Virus record (IMG/VR): IMGVR_UViG_3300019762_000009
Coordinates: 1-56,506 of that record
DNA from: a virus
Taxonomy: Duplodnaviria; Caudoviricetes
Direction: 5' to 3' (one strand)
Length of the DNA stretch: 56,506 nucleotides
Below, one piece after another: positions 46,184 to 55,176 of this stretch (position 1 is its first letter; the number at the start of each line of letters is the position of its first letter). The notes under the pieces were generated by a model. It saw nothing but the letters and a program-made list of their open reading frames with translations, searched no databases and was not told the DNA's origin. The position numbers and the translations under genes are program-made.

Positions 46184-48224
46184 TCTGTCCTGCCTGTTGC
46201 TGTGCCCGATACATTTCCTGCATAGAAGAAATCATCTCTTTCGGAGAGATTCCGTATTCTCTAGCAGTTTCAGTCATACGGGACATGAAATCACGTTCGG
46301 ACTGTTGCTGAGCCATTGCCTGCTGTTGAGCCATAGCGATCTCTTCTGGAGAGTTCAGCAAGTTACGGTCATCAAGATCAAGAGTCTCAGCAAGCTGTCG
46401 GATAACATTGTCTCGCTTCACGACCTGACCATCAGCAGGATTAGCAGTAAGATTGAGAAACTGCATAAGACTGTTGGCGTAAACTTCTCTAGCGATTAGA
46501 GAAGATGTACCCTTAGCCACAACAGCATAGTCACCCTTGATTGCGGTGTCAGAGTTGAACTGCATGTTCCAATGATACATAGCTTCAATAAAAGGTTCGA
46601 TGATACCTGTGTCAAACCAACGGACCTGATCCTTGATTGTGATGTTAGCAGAACCCATCATCATAGACATGCCAGAAGATGTTCTCTGAGACTGTTCTCC
46701 CCAAGCATTCTTAGGAATGGTAGTGACTGTATCGCAGTAGTCTTCGAAGACTTTGCACATAGCCATCAGTTCCTGAGAATGGGAATCAATATTGTAAACA
46801 CGAACTGCTGGGGACTGAGCATCATTGCCTCGCCCTGTTCGTGTCCAAATCTTGAAGGGGTAGATGTCGCTGATGTCTTCACTCTCATCGACCAATTGCA
46901 TATTAACTTCGATCTGCGGTCCTGCACAAATGGCTGCGTTATCAAGAAGCGCACGGAAAGAACTATTAGTTAATTCCTGAACATCTCTCATGATAGACGG
47001 AATACCCTCACCGAAGATACTTGTCTCGTCTTTGTCGTAGTAGTACAGATAGAAGGGCCACTTAACGCCTTCAAGAGGTGCAAGAGATGCTTTGATAACA
47101 CGGCTTCCACAAACCCAAATGCAAGCGGCAAGTTCTACAGAACCTCTGAGACGATCCGGTACTGTTACACCAGCCTGTTCAAGAGTATCAGCAGAGAAGT
47201 AACCCCAGTATTCGAGGACTTCGTACTTATTCTTTTCGGCATCTGTAGTCAAGCCTGTGCCGTCTACATTGGTAAGCTTACCGATAGAGAAGAGATCAGA
47301 TTCAAAGTTCTGGAGTTTGTAGTTACCTGTTGGGTAAGCAACAACCAATTCTCTAAGAGCATTGCTGTCAAAGTCTGGTCTATTCTGAAGAGCGATAAAG
47401 TCAGACTTAGGCATTTTATGTCGCTGCATTGCAAAACGTGCATCGTTCAGATCAGAGACAGACAGATCAGGATAGAAATCCCAAAGCTGCACAAAGTCTA
47501 CATGTGGAACGAAACGATCTTTCTGCACGAGACGCCATTCATATGTGCCATCTTCTTTAGAATGCTTTGCGTACTGTTTCTTCTTAGAAAGGGAAACCAT
47601 TGGCCCTTTCAGAATGCCAGTACCATAGATGTTCCCACTATGGATGACAGAGGTGAGTTTATCGTTGAACTCTACTTCGGACAGTTGGTCTTCAATTGTC
47701 TTCTGCATAGCCTCAGCACGATCATTAGCAGCCTGTTTCAGAAGACCCTTGTACTCTTCGGGAGTGATCATCTGCTGTGTCTGCTGCATGTGCTGCATAA
47801 CCATCTGTTCAAGAAGCTTCTCATCCATCTGAGGTCGTTCAGTAGGAGTAACCTGAAATATTGCGTTGCCTTTACTTGAAAAGATAAAGTCCTTAAGGCG
47901 GGAATCGACAACCTTTACTTTGTTTCGTGTCAGACGAATAAATGCTTTGCTTCGGTGATCTCCGATATGCTGCAAAACTGTGTCACTATACTGTCCACGA
48001 TACTGCCTCAAGTCTCTAAGCCAACGATCTTCTAAAGATTTACGTTGATCAGCTACTTCGGAGAAACGAGAGTTAATGATCTGAGCTAGGGCATCTACTT
48101 GCACATTTGGTGCGGAAGGATTCAGTCCTTCGACTTTCCCTTTGCTGCTTTCATCATCAACTGTAAGCTTCTCGATAGCATCTTTCTCAAATTTATTAAG
48201 CTTTGTCTCAAGCTCTTTCTTCAT
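46170..48224 (-). CDS. Portal protein
   Basis: 684 aa directly after terminase; YGTGILKG, FYPD, FGEGIP, LLDNAA; Q-rich C-terminus. Confidence 0.88.
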   Translation of the reverse strand: MKKELETKLNKFEKDAIEKLTVDDESSKGKVEGLNPSAPNVQVDALAQIINSRFSEVADQRKSLEDRWLRDLRQYRGQYSDTVLQHIGDHRSKAFIRLTRNKVKVVDSRLKDFIFSSKGNAIFQVTPTERPQMDEKLLEQMVMQHMQQTQQMITPEEYKGLLKQAANDRAEAMQKTIEDQLSEVEFNDKLTSVIHSGNIYGTGILKGPMVSLSKKKQYAKHSKEDGTYEWRLVQKDRFVPHVDFVQLWDFYPDLSVSDLNDARFAMQRHKMPKSDFIALQNRPDFDSNALRELVVAYPTGNYKLQNFESDLFSIGKLTNVDGTGLTTDAEKNKYEVLEYWGYFSADTLEQAGVTVPDRLRGSVELAACIWVCGSRVIKASLAPLEGVKWPFYLYYYDKDETSIFGEGIPSIMRDVQELTNSSFRALLDNAAICAGPQIEVNMQLVDESEDISDIYPFKIWTRTGRGNDAQSPAVRVYNIDSHSQELMAMCKVFEDYCDTVTTIPKNAWGEQSQRTSSGMSMMMGSANITIKDQVRWFDTGIIEPFIEAMYHWNMQFNSDTAIKGDYAVVAKGTSSLIAREVYANSLMQFLNLTANPADGQVVKRDNVIRQLAETLDLDDRNLLNSPEEIAMAQQQAMAQQQSERDFMSRMTETAREYGISPKEMISSMQEMYRAQQQAGQNAQP

Positions 48225-49687
48225 TAGTAGCCTCCGATGTGACTAGCTGCTCGGTACTTAGGACGAAGGTTATACCCTCGACTAAACCTGCTAATTTTCT
48301 TTTTATTGAGTGGTGTATAAAACTCCAAGGCAGCGTACTGACAAGCATCATGTACATGTGAGAACTCATTCTTGACTGGTTTGTCCTTGAATTGTTTGCT
48401 CATGGACCCACCACCAACTTTGATCTCAGCATATTTGTAACCAGAAATAAAACCTTTACGAAGCTGTGGGCATTTCTTACCGTTCATGATAAAACCACAG
48501 GTCTTGCGTTTCAATGGTTCAATCACTGCTTGTCTTCGAGCGATTGGGTTATTAGTCTTTGCAGGAATCCAGTGTACTCCGGCAGCGTCTAACACATCAG
48601 TACCTGCCCGTGAATCATTCATAGACCTTTGACAAGTCGCAGGGTCAACGACAACTGTATAGTTGTTGATCCACGGACGGTACTTACTATATAACTTAGG
48701 AAGGAGAAGGTCATTAACGAAGGTCTGTAAATCACAGTCTTCCGTAACGATTTCTTCAAAGACATAAAAAGTACCATCGGGTGCTTGTTGGGTGAACACG
48801 CAGGCAGGGGTTAAACCCTGATCCATGCCGATAATCAATTCCACGCCTTGTAGTGGTGTGAGGTTATCCTCTACACTATGATTAGTATCATCGTACATAG
48901 TATAAACAACACGACCATTTGTGTACTCACCGTAGTTGTTCATCAAGTTAATCTGAATTGCTTCAGGCTCCATAATGTTCAACATGTCTGTGTAGTACGT
49001 AGCAGAGAGGTTATCCAAGTTCTCTGCGTCTGGATTGACCACAAATCTGTTACCTACTTTCAGAACGGCAGGTGGCTGTCTGTAGAAGGAACAACCATCT
49101 GGCTTCCTAACCTCGGTTACATGATATAACCAATGGTCAGTAGATACTGCGTTGTAGTCAAAGAGAAGAAAAGGATCAACTGGTCCTATTTCCTGCGTAT
49201 CTTTCTTAGAAGGAAATCTATTGATACGAGTAGGTAGAACCTTTAACAGGTATGCAGGAAGTTCAGACGCCTCCGCACAATGAATACCTGTGAACTCACG
49301 AGAACGAAAGTGTTCAATAGCTCGTTCATCTTCAGCAGCGATAAACCAAAGTTCCATGTGCATAGACGTACCATCAGGCAAGTCCATTTCGAGAACACCT
49401 TTATAAGGTTTCGACATAGTAAGTTTGAGTTTATCTTTAAACCAATCTTTCCAAGAAGCCAGCATAGAACCTTCCAAGGCTCCATATGTTGCACGAACGA
49501 TCGCATAACGACTTCTTCGTACACCATCTTGCTGAGGAATCTGTTTAGCTGCATTCATCCACAAATGCCAGATACAACCAGAGGTCTTACCTGAACCAAC
49601 CGGACCCATAACAAAGATATATTTGTTTTTGTCTCGGTGAATTTTTGCGAATGTGTTAGACGCTTTATAATTAAGCTTGAACTCCAT
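48224..49687 (-). CDS. terL: Terminase large subunit
   Basis: Walker A GPVGSGKT; RNase H-like GMDQG, VVDPA, SHVHDACQY. Confidence 0.92.
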   Translation of the reverse strand: MEFKLNYKASNTFAKIHRDKNKYIFVMGPVGSGKTSGCIWHLWMNAAKQIPQQDGVRRSRYAIVRATYGALEGSMLASWKDWFKDKLKLTMSKPYKGVLEMDLPDGTSMHMELWFIAAEDERAIEHFRSREFTGIHCAEASELPAYLLKVLPTRINRFPSKKDTQEIGPVDPFLLFDYNAVSTDHWLYHVTEVRKPDGCSFYRQPPAVLKVGNRFVVNPDAENLDNLSATYYTDMLNIMEPEAIQINLMNNYGEYTNGRVVYTMYDDTNHSVEDNLTPLQGVELIIGMDQGLTPACVFTQQAPDGTFYVFEEIVTEDCDLQTFVNDLLLPKLYSKYRPWINNYTVVVDPATCQRSMNDSRAGTDVLDAAGVHWIPAKTNNPIARRQAVIEPLKRKTCGFIMNGKKCPQLRKGFISGYKYAEIKVGGGSMSKQFKDKPVKNEFSHVHDACQYAALEFYTPLNKKKISRFSRGYNLRPKYRAASHIGGY

Positions 49688-49704
49688 CCTGTTCTCCTAA
49701 GTTA

Positions 49705-50106
49705 TTAAAATAGTTCTGAGAATACGTTCTGAGATTCTTCTTTCTTCTCGGCTTCATGCTTAGCTCTGGCCTCGGCTTTCTCTTTTTCGAAGTCGAGTTC
49801 AGTAACAGTTGCATTTGGAAGAAGATTCTCAATACCCTTTGTATTATCCCCGTTACTTACGTCACCCAAATCGAGATTAATACTTACTGTTTGTTTAGTC
49901 TTCTGGTCAATTTCGAGAGCTTTCAGTTTAGGGTAGCGATACTGCATCAAAATTTCGTTAAGTTTGAGAAGTTCTTTAGTAGACATGTCACCACGTCCAG
50001 CCAGTTCGATCAACTGTTCCAGAGGGTCATAATCCATCTTATGAAGTCTTCTCATCAATTCAGCAGCAGCACCCTGTTTGGTAGCTCCCCTTGGCGTTTT
50101 AGCCAT
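49705..50106 (-). CDS. Putative terminase small subunit
   Basis: GGAGG RBS before ATG 50106; DPLEQL...QYRYPKLKALE; directly upstream of terL. Confidence 0.65.
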   Translation of the reverse strand: MAKTPRGATKQGAAAELMRRLHKMDYDPLEQLIELAGRGDMSTKELLKLNEILMQYRYPKLKALEIDQKTKQTVSINLDLGDVSNGDNTKGIENLLPNATVTELDFEKEKAEARAKHEAEKKEESQNVFSELF

Positions 50107-50107
50107 A

Positions 50108-50365
50108 TTAGCCTCCGTGGTAGTGCAAAGTGCCTTCTGCTGCATGGAGGTGCAAGTACGGTTTACACGCATCCCGTGTACCAGAGTTTAATCGGTCTTC
50201 CAATTTCTCTACTCGTTCTTCCATCGCAGCCACTTGGTCTTTCATGTTGTTAAGTTCAACCTGAAACTTATCAAGGGACCGTAAGAGTTTATAAGCTACG
50301 GGTCCTGTGATAATACCAGATGTTGCAAGCGCACTCCCCACAGTGCTTGCATCAGGGATTTCCAT
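50108..50365 (-). CDS. Small membrane/coiled-coil protein
   Basis: Hydrophobic N-terminus then heptad repeats; GGAG RBS. Confidence 0.7.
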   Translation of the reverse strand: MEIPDASTVGSALATSGIITGPVAYKLLRSLDKFQVELNNMKDQVAAMEERVEKLEDRLNSGTRDACKPYLHLHAAEGTLHYHGG

Positions 50366-50417
50366 AATCACTCCAAGGTGTTAAAGTTGTAAGGTATAAC
50401 TATTAACCTTATCTTAT

Positions 50418-50446
50418 ATTATAACATACTTTATAAAGTTTGTCAA
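50418..50446 (-). promoter_or_regulatory. Consensus sigma70 promoter for the packaging/head genes
   Basis: Minus strand TTGACA-17 bp-TATAAT with TGn. Confidence 0.8.
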
Positions 50447-50459
50447 GTATTTTCTTAAA

Positions 50460-51680
50460 TTAATTCACTTTCTTCCACTGAAAGTTAGCGGCGAGGTCCG
50501 TGATATAGGTATCGAATGCTGTGTCTGCATTAGTACCATCAGTAACTGCCTCAAGAAACCATACATAAGGTTCAAATTCTTTATATCTCACGTAGTAGTT
50601 TCCAATAGGGAGACCATTAAGCTCTTCTGTTTGAATAGCATAAAACCAATCACCAGCTTTTCCGAGAGAATGAATGTCATTCAGTAACTGTGTGACGGAC
50701 AATGCTCGACAAGCTTCTCCAAATCTCTTATCTCTGTACTTACCATCAGATGCGAGGTAGATGGCAGGGGACTGATTCTCTGACTTTGCAGGGATGTTGA
50801 TGCCATTAAGTTTGCCACCAAAGCCGTGCGTTGGGCTAACAGAGCCACAAAACTTATCATTACAAGTGAACGCCAAAGTTTCACTATCCGTCATGTGAGT
50901 GATCTCACCATGAGTGTCTTCGTGCCTAAACTTGATACGATTGACATTTTCAATACTGTGATCTTGCATGTCGATACCTGTGGTAGCAAGATTACCCCTT
51001 TCTAAAACAGTAGCAAGGTTCTGTGTATCTTCCGATGGAACATTAGCCCATGCACCATCACCACGAAGGAATTTAGTCTGCTCAGTGTCACTCTTAGACG
51101 GGATGTCAATACCCTGAACCTGACCTTCCCAACCTTTATCAGAGGACATCATGCCTGCCACTTTCTCGTCAACAGGCCTCTCGAATTTAAGAAGCTCTCG
51201 ATCTCCGTCAACGTGTCGTTCAATCTGGAAACTAGTATGATCACGAGGCTGTTCTGTGCCGTGCCCAAAGCTAAGACGATCTGTATAAAATTCAGGAGAT
51301 GTTATCAAGGATCGTGAACCACTATCTCCGGACTCCATCTGAAAAGAAGGTTTGGTATCGCTTGTCATAAAGAAGTCGATACCAGAATCCTTTGGCTGGA
51401 TACGGCAGTTATTAATAAACTGAACATTCTGCAAAGCATTAATGCTATGTGTGTTGGCGTCTAAATCCTGGGCAAGAGTGGCGTCTTCACGAGTCACGTC
51501 CAACAATTCTGGAATGCTGGGGTGAACCCACGCTCCGTCTTTTCTCAGATATTCAGTAGAGTCCTTTGGTGCATCTTCGATTCCGCCAGATACCCCTTCT
51601 CTAAGATCATGCACGGTGCATTTATCAATCTCATTAGTATCAGGGTCTCTATAGTATACTTCGCCTGTCTGTTTAATCAT
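50460..51680 (-). CDS. Fibre protein with fibritin foldon-like motif and internal duplication
   Basis: GIEDAPKDSTEYLRKDGAWV resembles the T4 fibritin foldon. Confidence 0.7.
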   Translation of the reverse strand: MIKQTGEVYYRDPDTNEIDKCTVHDLREGVSGGIEDAPKDSTEYLRKDGAWVHPSIPELLDVTREDATLAQDLDANTHSINALQNVQFINNCRIQPKDSGIDFFMTSDTKPSFQMESGDSGSRSLITSPEFYTDRLSFGHGTEQPRDHTSFQIERHVDGDRELLKFERPVDEKVAGMMSSDKGWEGQVQGIDIPSKSDTEQTKFLRGDGAWANVPSEDTQNLATVLERGNLATTGIDMQDHSIENVNRIKFRHEDTHGEITHMTDSETLAFTCNDKFCGSVSPTHGFGGKLNGINIPAKSENQSPAIYLASDGKYRDKRFGEACRALSVTQLLNDIHSLGKAGDWFYAIQTEELNGLPIGNYYVRYKEFEPYVWFLEAVTDGTNADTAFDTYITDLAANFQWKKVN

Positions 51681-52650
51681 TGTTATTAACCTTCTCGTTT
51701 AACTGCTTAATACAGTCCTGATTCATGGAAACTAGTGTTCTAGTCTGATGCAAGAGATTGGAGTCTACGCCCTGCTCTCTTACCCACTTCTGTGTGGCGA
51801 TCTTAGCTTTCTCAGTCAACCCATAGTAAAGGGAGTTATACGGCTCTGAGCCAAACCCTTTCAATGCGAAAGGTGCTCTTGATTCAAACTTAATAGAGTA
51901 GTCTTTGCCCCTCACACCTGCAAGAGGTGGAACTTGAGCCGTGACGTATTCACCAATCTCTCTACCACACACAAGGTCAGCATCCAATACGTGTCGGTCA
52001 CGAATGCAGAACTTGTCTATCATCTCTGTACCCTCCCAAACACTATAGAACATTTCCATAGCAGGTACAGGATCGCCTATACAAAACTTACGGGCAAAGT
52101 AAAGGAAAGACTGTGGAAGATCAGAAGATACTGAGTCTACCTCGTACATTTGTGTATCTTCATTAAAGGTCGCTACGATATTATCGGAGACACTTGTTTG
52201 AACATCTCGCCATCTAGGATACTCACCATCCAAGAACTTATAACAAAGTGGTGTATTAGAGATAGCACCTCGGTTAGATAGAATAGTTCCCGCAGGAAAA
52301 TGATAGACATCCGGTTCGCAAGTTCTCTTAAAGAGTGGTCCGACCGACCCATCAGACAGAGTTACTTGAGGGCCAACATGCACAGAGTCTGGAGAGGTAA
52401 CTACCCCAACGTGTCTCCATAACTGGGACGTGGAATCGAATCGTTCAAAGTGAGCCTGCTCTTCTGCAAAACGAACTCGGTAGATAGCGTCACCATGTAC
52501 ATAATGACTCTCCCCTTTCTTCTTGTTTCGTGTCAATAGACTGTCGAACATCTCTCTAGTCACACCTTCGGGAAGATCAATAGCGGATGGGTCAAATACT
52601 GGGGAACCCATAGGCGTATTAAACGCCTGATCCATATTATCGAATCTCAT
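51673..52650 (-). CDS. Hypothetical (possibly structural) protein
   Basis: AGGAG RBS before ATG 52650; beta-rich. Confidence 0.8.
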   Translation of the reverse strand: MRFDNMDQAFNTPMGSPVFDPSAIDLPEGVTREMFDSLLTRNKKKGESHYVHGDAIYRVRFAEEQAHFERFDSTSQLWRHVGVVTSPDSVHVGPQVTLSDGSVGPLFKRTCEPDVYHFPAGTILSNRGAISNTPLCYKFLDGEYPRWRDVQTSVSDNIVATFNEDTQMYEVDSVSSDLPQSFLYFARKFCIGDPVPAMEMFYSVWEGTEMIDKFCIRDRHVLDADLVCGREIGEYVTAQVPPLAGVRGKDYSIKFESRAPFALKGFGSEPYNSLYYGLTEKAKIATQKWVREQGVDSNLLHQTRTLVSMNQDCIKQLNEKVNNND

Positions 52651-52658
52651 AATTACTC

Positions 52659-52994
52659 CTAACCAAAAACTGCGATGCTCAACCAAGTCTCCTTCTCAGA
52701 AACGAAGCTCATTTTCGCACAAGACTTTGGTATTTTACGAACATAGGGGTTGGGTACAGAAGCCTGACCTTCCAATATGGATACTGGCTGAGGAAGCTTT
52801 GCAGGAACGTCATCTCTGAAACTAGCCCAAAATACTTCAGGGCATTCGAATATAAAAATATTTCCACTAGTGGGCTTTTCATAAGTGACGGGTGTTTCCG
52901 CAGGAAGATATAAACAATCATAGTGATCTGACACTGTGATTGCACCTTGTATCATATTACCTTTATAATCAGAATCTAAATGGAATGGTTTCAT
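52659..52994 (-). CDS. Hypothetical protein, first gene of the late arm
   Basis: GGAGG RBS; 111 aa. Confidence 0.8.
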   Translation of the reverse strand: MKPFHLDSDYKGNMIQGAITVSDHYDCLYLPAETPVTYEKPTSGNIFIFECPEVFWASFRDDVPAKLPQPVSILEGQASVPNPYVRKIPKSCAKMSFVSEKETWLSIAVFG

Positions 52995-53033
52995 GGAGAA
53001 CCTCCAAGGTTGTACTATTCATATCTTACCTAT

Positions 53034-53101
53034 ATTATAGCATAAAATTATCAGATTGTCAATACTTTTTACTTGACATCTTATAAAAAATATGATATAA
53101 T
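53034..53101. promoter_or_regulatory. Back-to-back divergent consensus sigma70 promoters
   Basis: Minus: TTGACA(53062-57)-17-TATAAT(53039-34). Plus: TTGACA(53073-78)-17-TATAAT(53096-101). Both have TGn. Confidence 0.85.
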
Positions 53102-53236
53102 ATACACAAGTACTCAGGAGGACTATATGTACTATAAGAACTTTAATACATAGTACTTATAGTTCCTATGTATATTTCCGTCAGGAAATATATACATAGA
53201 TTACTATATATAACTATATATTACTTAGGGACACCT

Positions 53237-53749
53237 ATGAGTAAAACGAACATTGCAAAAACCTTAGAAGTAAATCCTCACGATTTCAATGAAGAGATGT
53301 GTAGTAGTAAACCTACTAATACATTTAGAATAAATGAATTTGCATCTTTGATAGAACCCACTACATTACTTACTCACGATGAGTGCAAAAAGCTAATTAA
53401 GTTTATCTTCTTTGTAATCGCTCAGAAAATGCGGGAAGGTTACAGAGTCGATATTCCGTATTTCGGTACATTCTATCCTAGATATCAGAAACCTAGAAAA
53501 GCTTTTAATGTACATACCCAAGAGAAGAGAGAACTCCCTGCAAGGATCATTCCCTGCTTCTCTCGTAAACGTATGCTTACAAGAATTATGGATGAAGAGC
53601 AGTATCATAAATATAAGAAAGCAGAACCTACAAAGATAAAAGGTCTCGATGCTTTAGCCGAAGAGTACGCCCATGTCTGCATCGGTGATGATTATACTAA
53701 GTACCTCTATCCAGAAGAATTTGATGACATAAAAACTACAGTGTGGTAG
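53237..53749 (+). CDS. HU/IHF family DNA-binding protein with terminal extensions
   Basis: GYRVDIPYFGTFYPRYQKPRKAFNVHTQEKRELPARIIPCF matches the HU/IHF arm pattern; start uncertain (53168 possible). Confidence 0.8.
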   Translation: MSKTNIAKTLEVNPHDFNEEMCSSKPTNTFRINEFASLIEPTTLLTHDECKKLIKFIFFVIAQKMREGYRVDIPYFGTFYPRYQKPRKAFNVHTQEKRELPARIIPCFSRKRMLTRIMDEEQYHKYKKAEPTKIKGLDALAEEYAHVCIGDDYTKYLYPEEFDDIKTTVW

Positions 53750-53757
53750 TCCTTCAC

Positions 53758-53797
53758 AGGAAGTTATTAGAGAAATCTAGTAGCTTCCTTTTCTTTT
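53758..53797 (+). terminator. Rho-independent terminator after the HU/IHF gene
   Basis: AGGAAGTTATTAGA-GAAA-TCTAGTAGCTTCCT followed by TTTCTTTT. Confidence 0.8.
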
Positions 53798-54111
53798 GTC
53801 TAACGGGCGGTTTGTATAGAAGTACTATATGGTCCTATCCCTGACTCTATGGGAAACCCATTACTCCTCTTACTCCCTGCATTGTAAGAATCTTCTGAAG
53901 CTTCTATTCCTACCCATGACTCTACCCAAACTAGTAAAAAATATTTTAGGAAATTTCTATATACATGGACGGAATATAATGATTTCAACCCACCTCTGTG
54001 CCCCTCCCCCACCTCCTCGGACCCCCTCGTACAAAATATCCCTCTGTAAACTCTCTTATGGCAAGGGGCGGTACCCTCCCAGACCTTACCTGAACAACCA
54101 GTGCTCCTATC

Positions 54112-54250
54112 ATTGATAATCATTTTCAATTGAGAACAATTCTCACTCTCATTTGATTATGATTCTCAGGCTCAGTTGACAACGATTCTCATTCTCTGTT
54201 GATTCTGATTCTCACTCTCGGTATCAGTTGAACACGATTGTCAATATCAT
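54112..54250. repeat. Tandem array of six Fur-box-like 7-1-7 palindromes (~23-bp period)
   Basis: TGA-N4-N-ATT(C/T/G)TCA at 54114, 54131, 54154, 54177, 54200 and 54229. Confidence 0.8.
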
Positions 54251-54478
54251 TTCGGATAGTCCTACCTTCCCCTTATATAATGTAATAGTTCTTTTTCGAT
54301 TCTAAACCCTTCTTTAACCTTCCGTAGTATGTTCCTATCAAGTACCTCTTTAGAATGCCTTACAGGGCTATTTCTGGACGTTTTACGGTGCGTGGTTCAA
54401 AATAAAGTTTCTTGTACTTTCCTTCTTTATCGGTACAACTCTTTATACTTCCTTTACTGGCGTGCCTTCCTAACCTCT

Positions 54479-54497
54479 ATTGATAAGGGTTCTCAAT
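54479..54497. promoter_or_regulatory. Isolated Fur-box-like site
   Basis: ATTGATAAGGGTTCTCAAT. Confidence 0.6.
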
Positions 54498-54771
54498 GAG
54501 TAGCCTCAGTATGGTACAAGATTTTGTACTGATATGGTCAGTTCTGGCAAGGTTGTACTTTCCTTTTATTATCCGGTCGCAAGGTTATACCTTTTTATTC
54601 TCTTGTCCTGCCTACGTTCTCACACTTTCTTTATTATCCACTTTCAAAGTTTGGCATGGTTGGCACGGTCGATGCTATAACCTTCCCAGATTCAGCAAGG
54701 GCGGTTTCTGGGGCAATTCCCCGCCGCTCTTCAATACGAATTTAGGACCACCAAAAACTTTCAAAAAGTTG

Positions 54772-55009
54772 TTGACAGTCCGAACGAGATAGACTAGCTT
54801 CTATCTCAAGGCGAACGGCTTAACTTGCTTGTTTGTTTATGCGTTATCAAGCGTCAATAAAATAGCTCCCTGACAATGAGTTTTAGGATAACGATATAAG
54901 CTCTTGACAATCCCGTTTAAGTTAACTAGCCTAAAGTTCAAGGCATGAGGGAGCCTTTAAAATTCTCACAAACTTTCGCTTGACAAGGCCTTTGAAGCTT
55001 TGATAGAGT
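54772..55009 (+). promoter_or_regulatory. Cluster of three tandem early sigma70 promoters
   Basis: TTGACA at 54772, 54904 and 54980, with -10 TAGCTT and TAGCCT (17-bp spacers) and TAGAGT (18 bp, TGn). Confidence 0.7.
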
Positions 55010-55176
55010 GAACACAAGCCTAGCATATGGGGTGTACGTATGCCCGACATAGCTCCGATTAGTGGCAATCCCGCTATAGCTATAACGGTGATCTTTTACA
55101 ACTAAATAGTGAAAAATGTGTATCCTACTCAAATACGGGGTTAAGTACAACATACTAACCTATCAGGAGTAACATT

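Noticed and set aside
54112-54250. CRISPR or mini-CRISPR interpretation of the repeat array
   Set aside because: The period is only 17-29 bp with no unique spacers. The PD-(D/E)xK nuclease is an ordinary phage replication gene, not a cas operon.
53800-54792. ORFs 53800-54129, 53829-54116 and 54496-54792
   Set aside because: No RBS, low-complexity composition and overlap with repeat elements.
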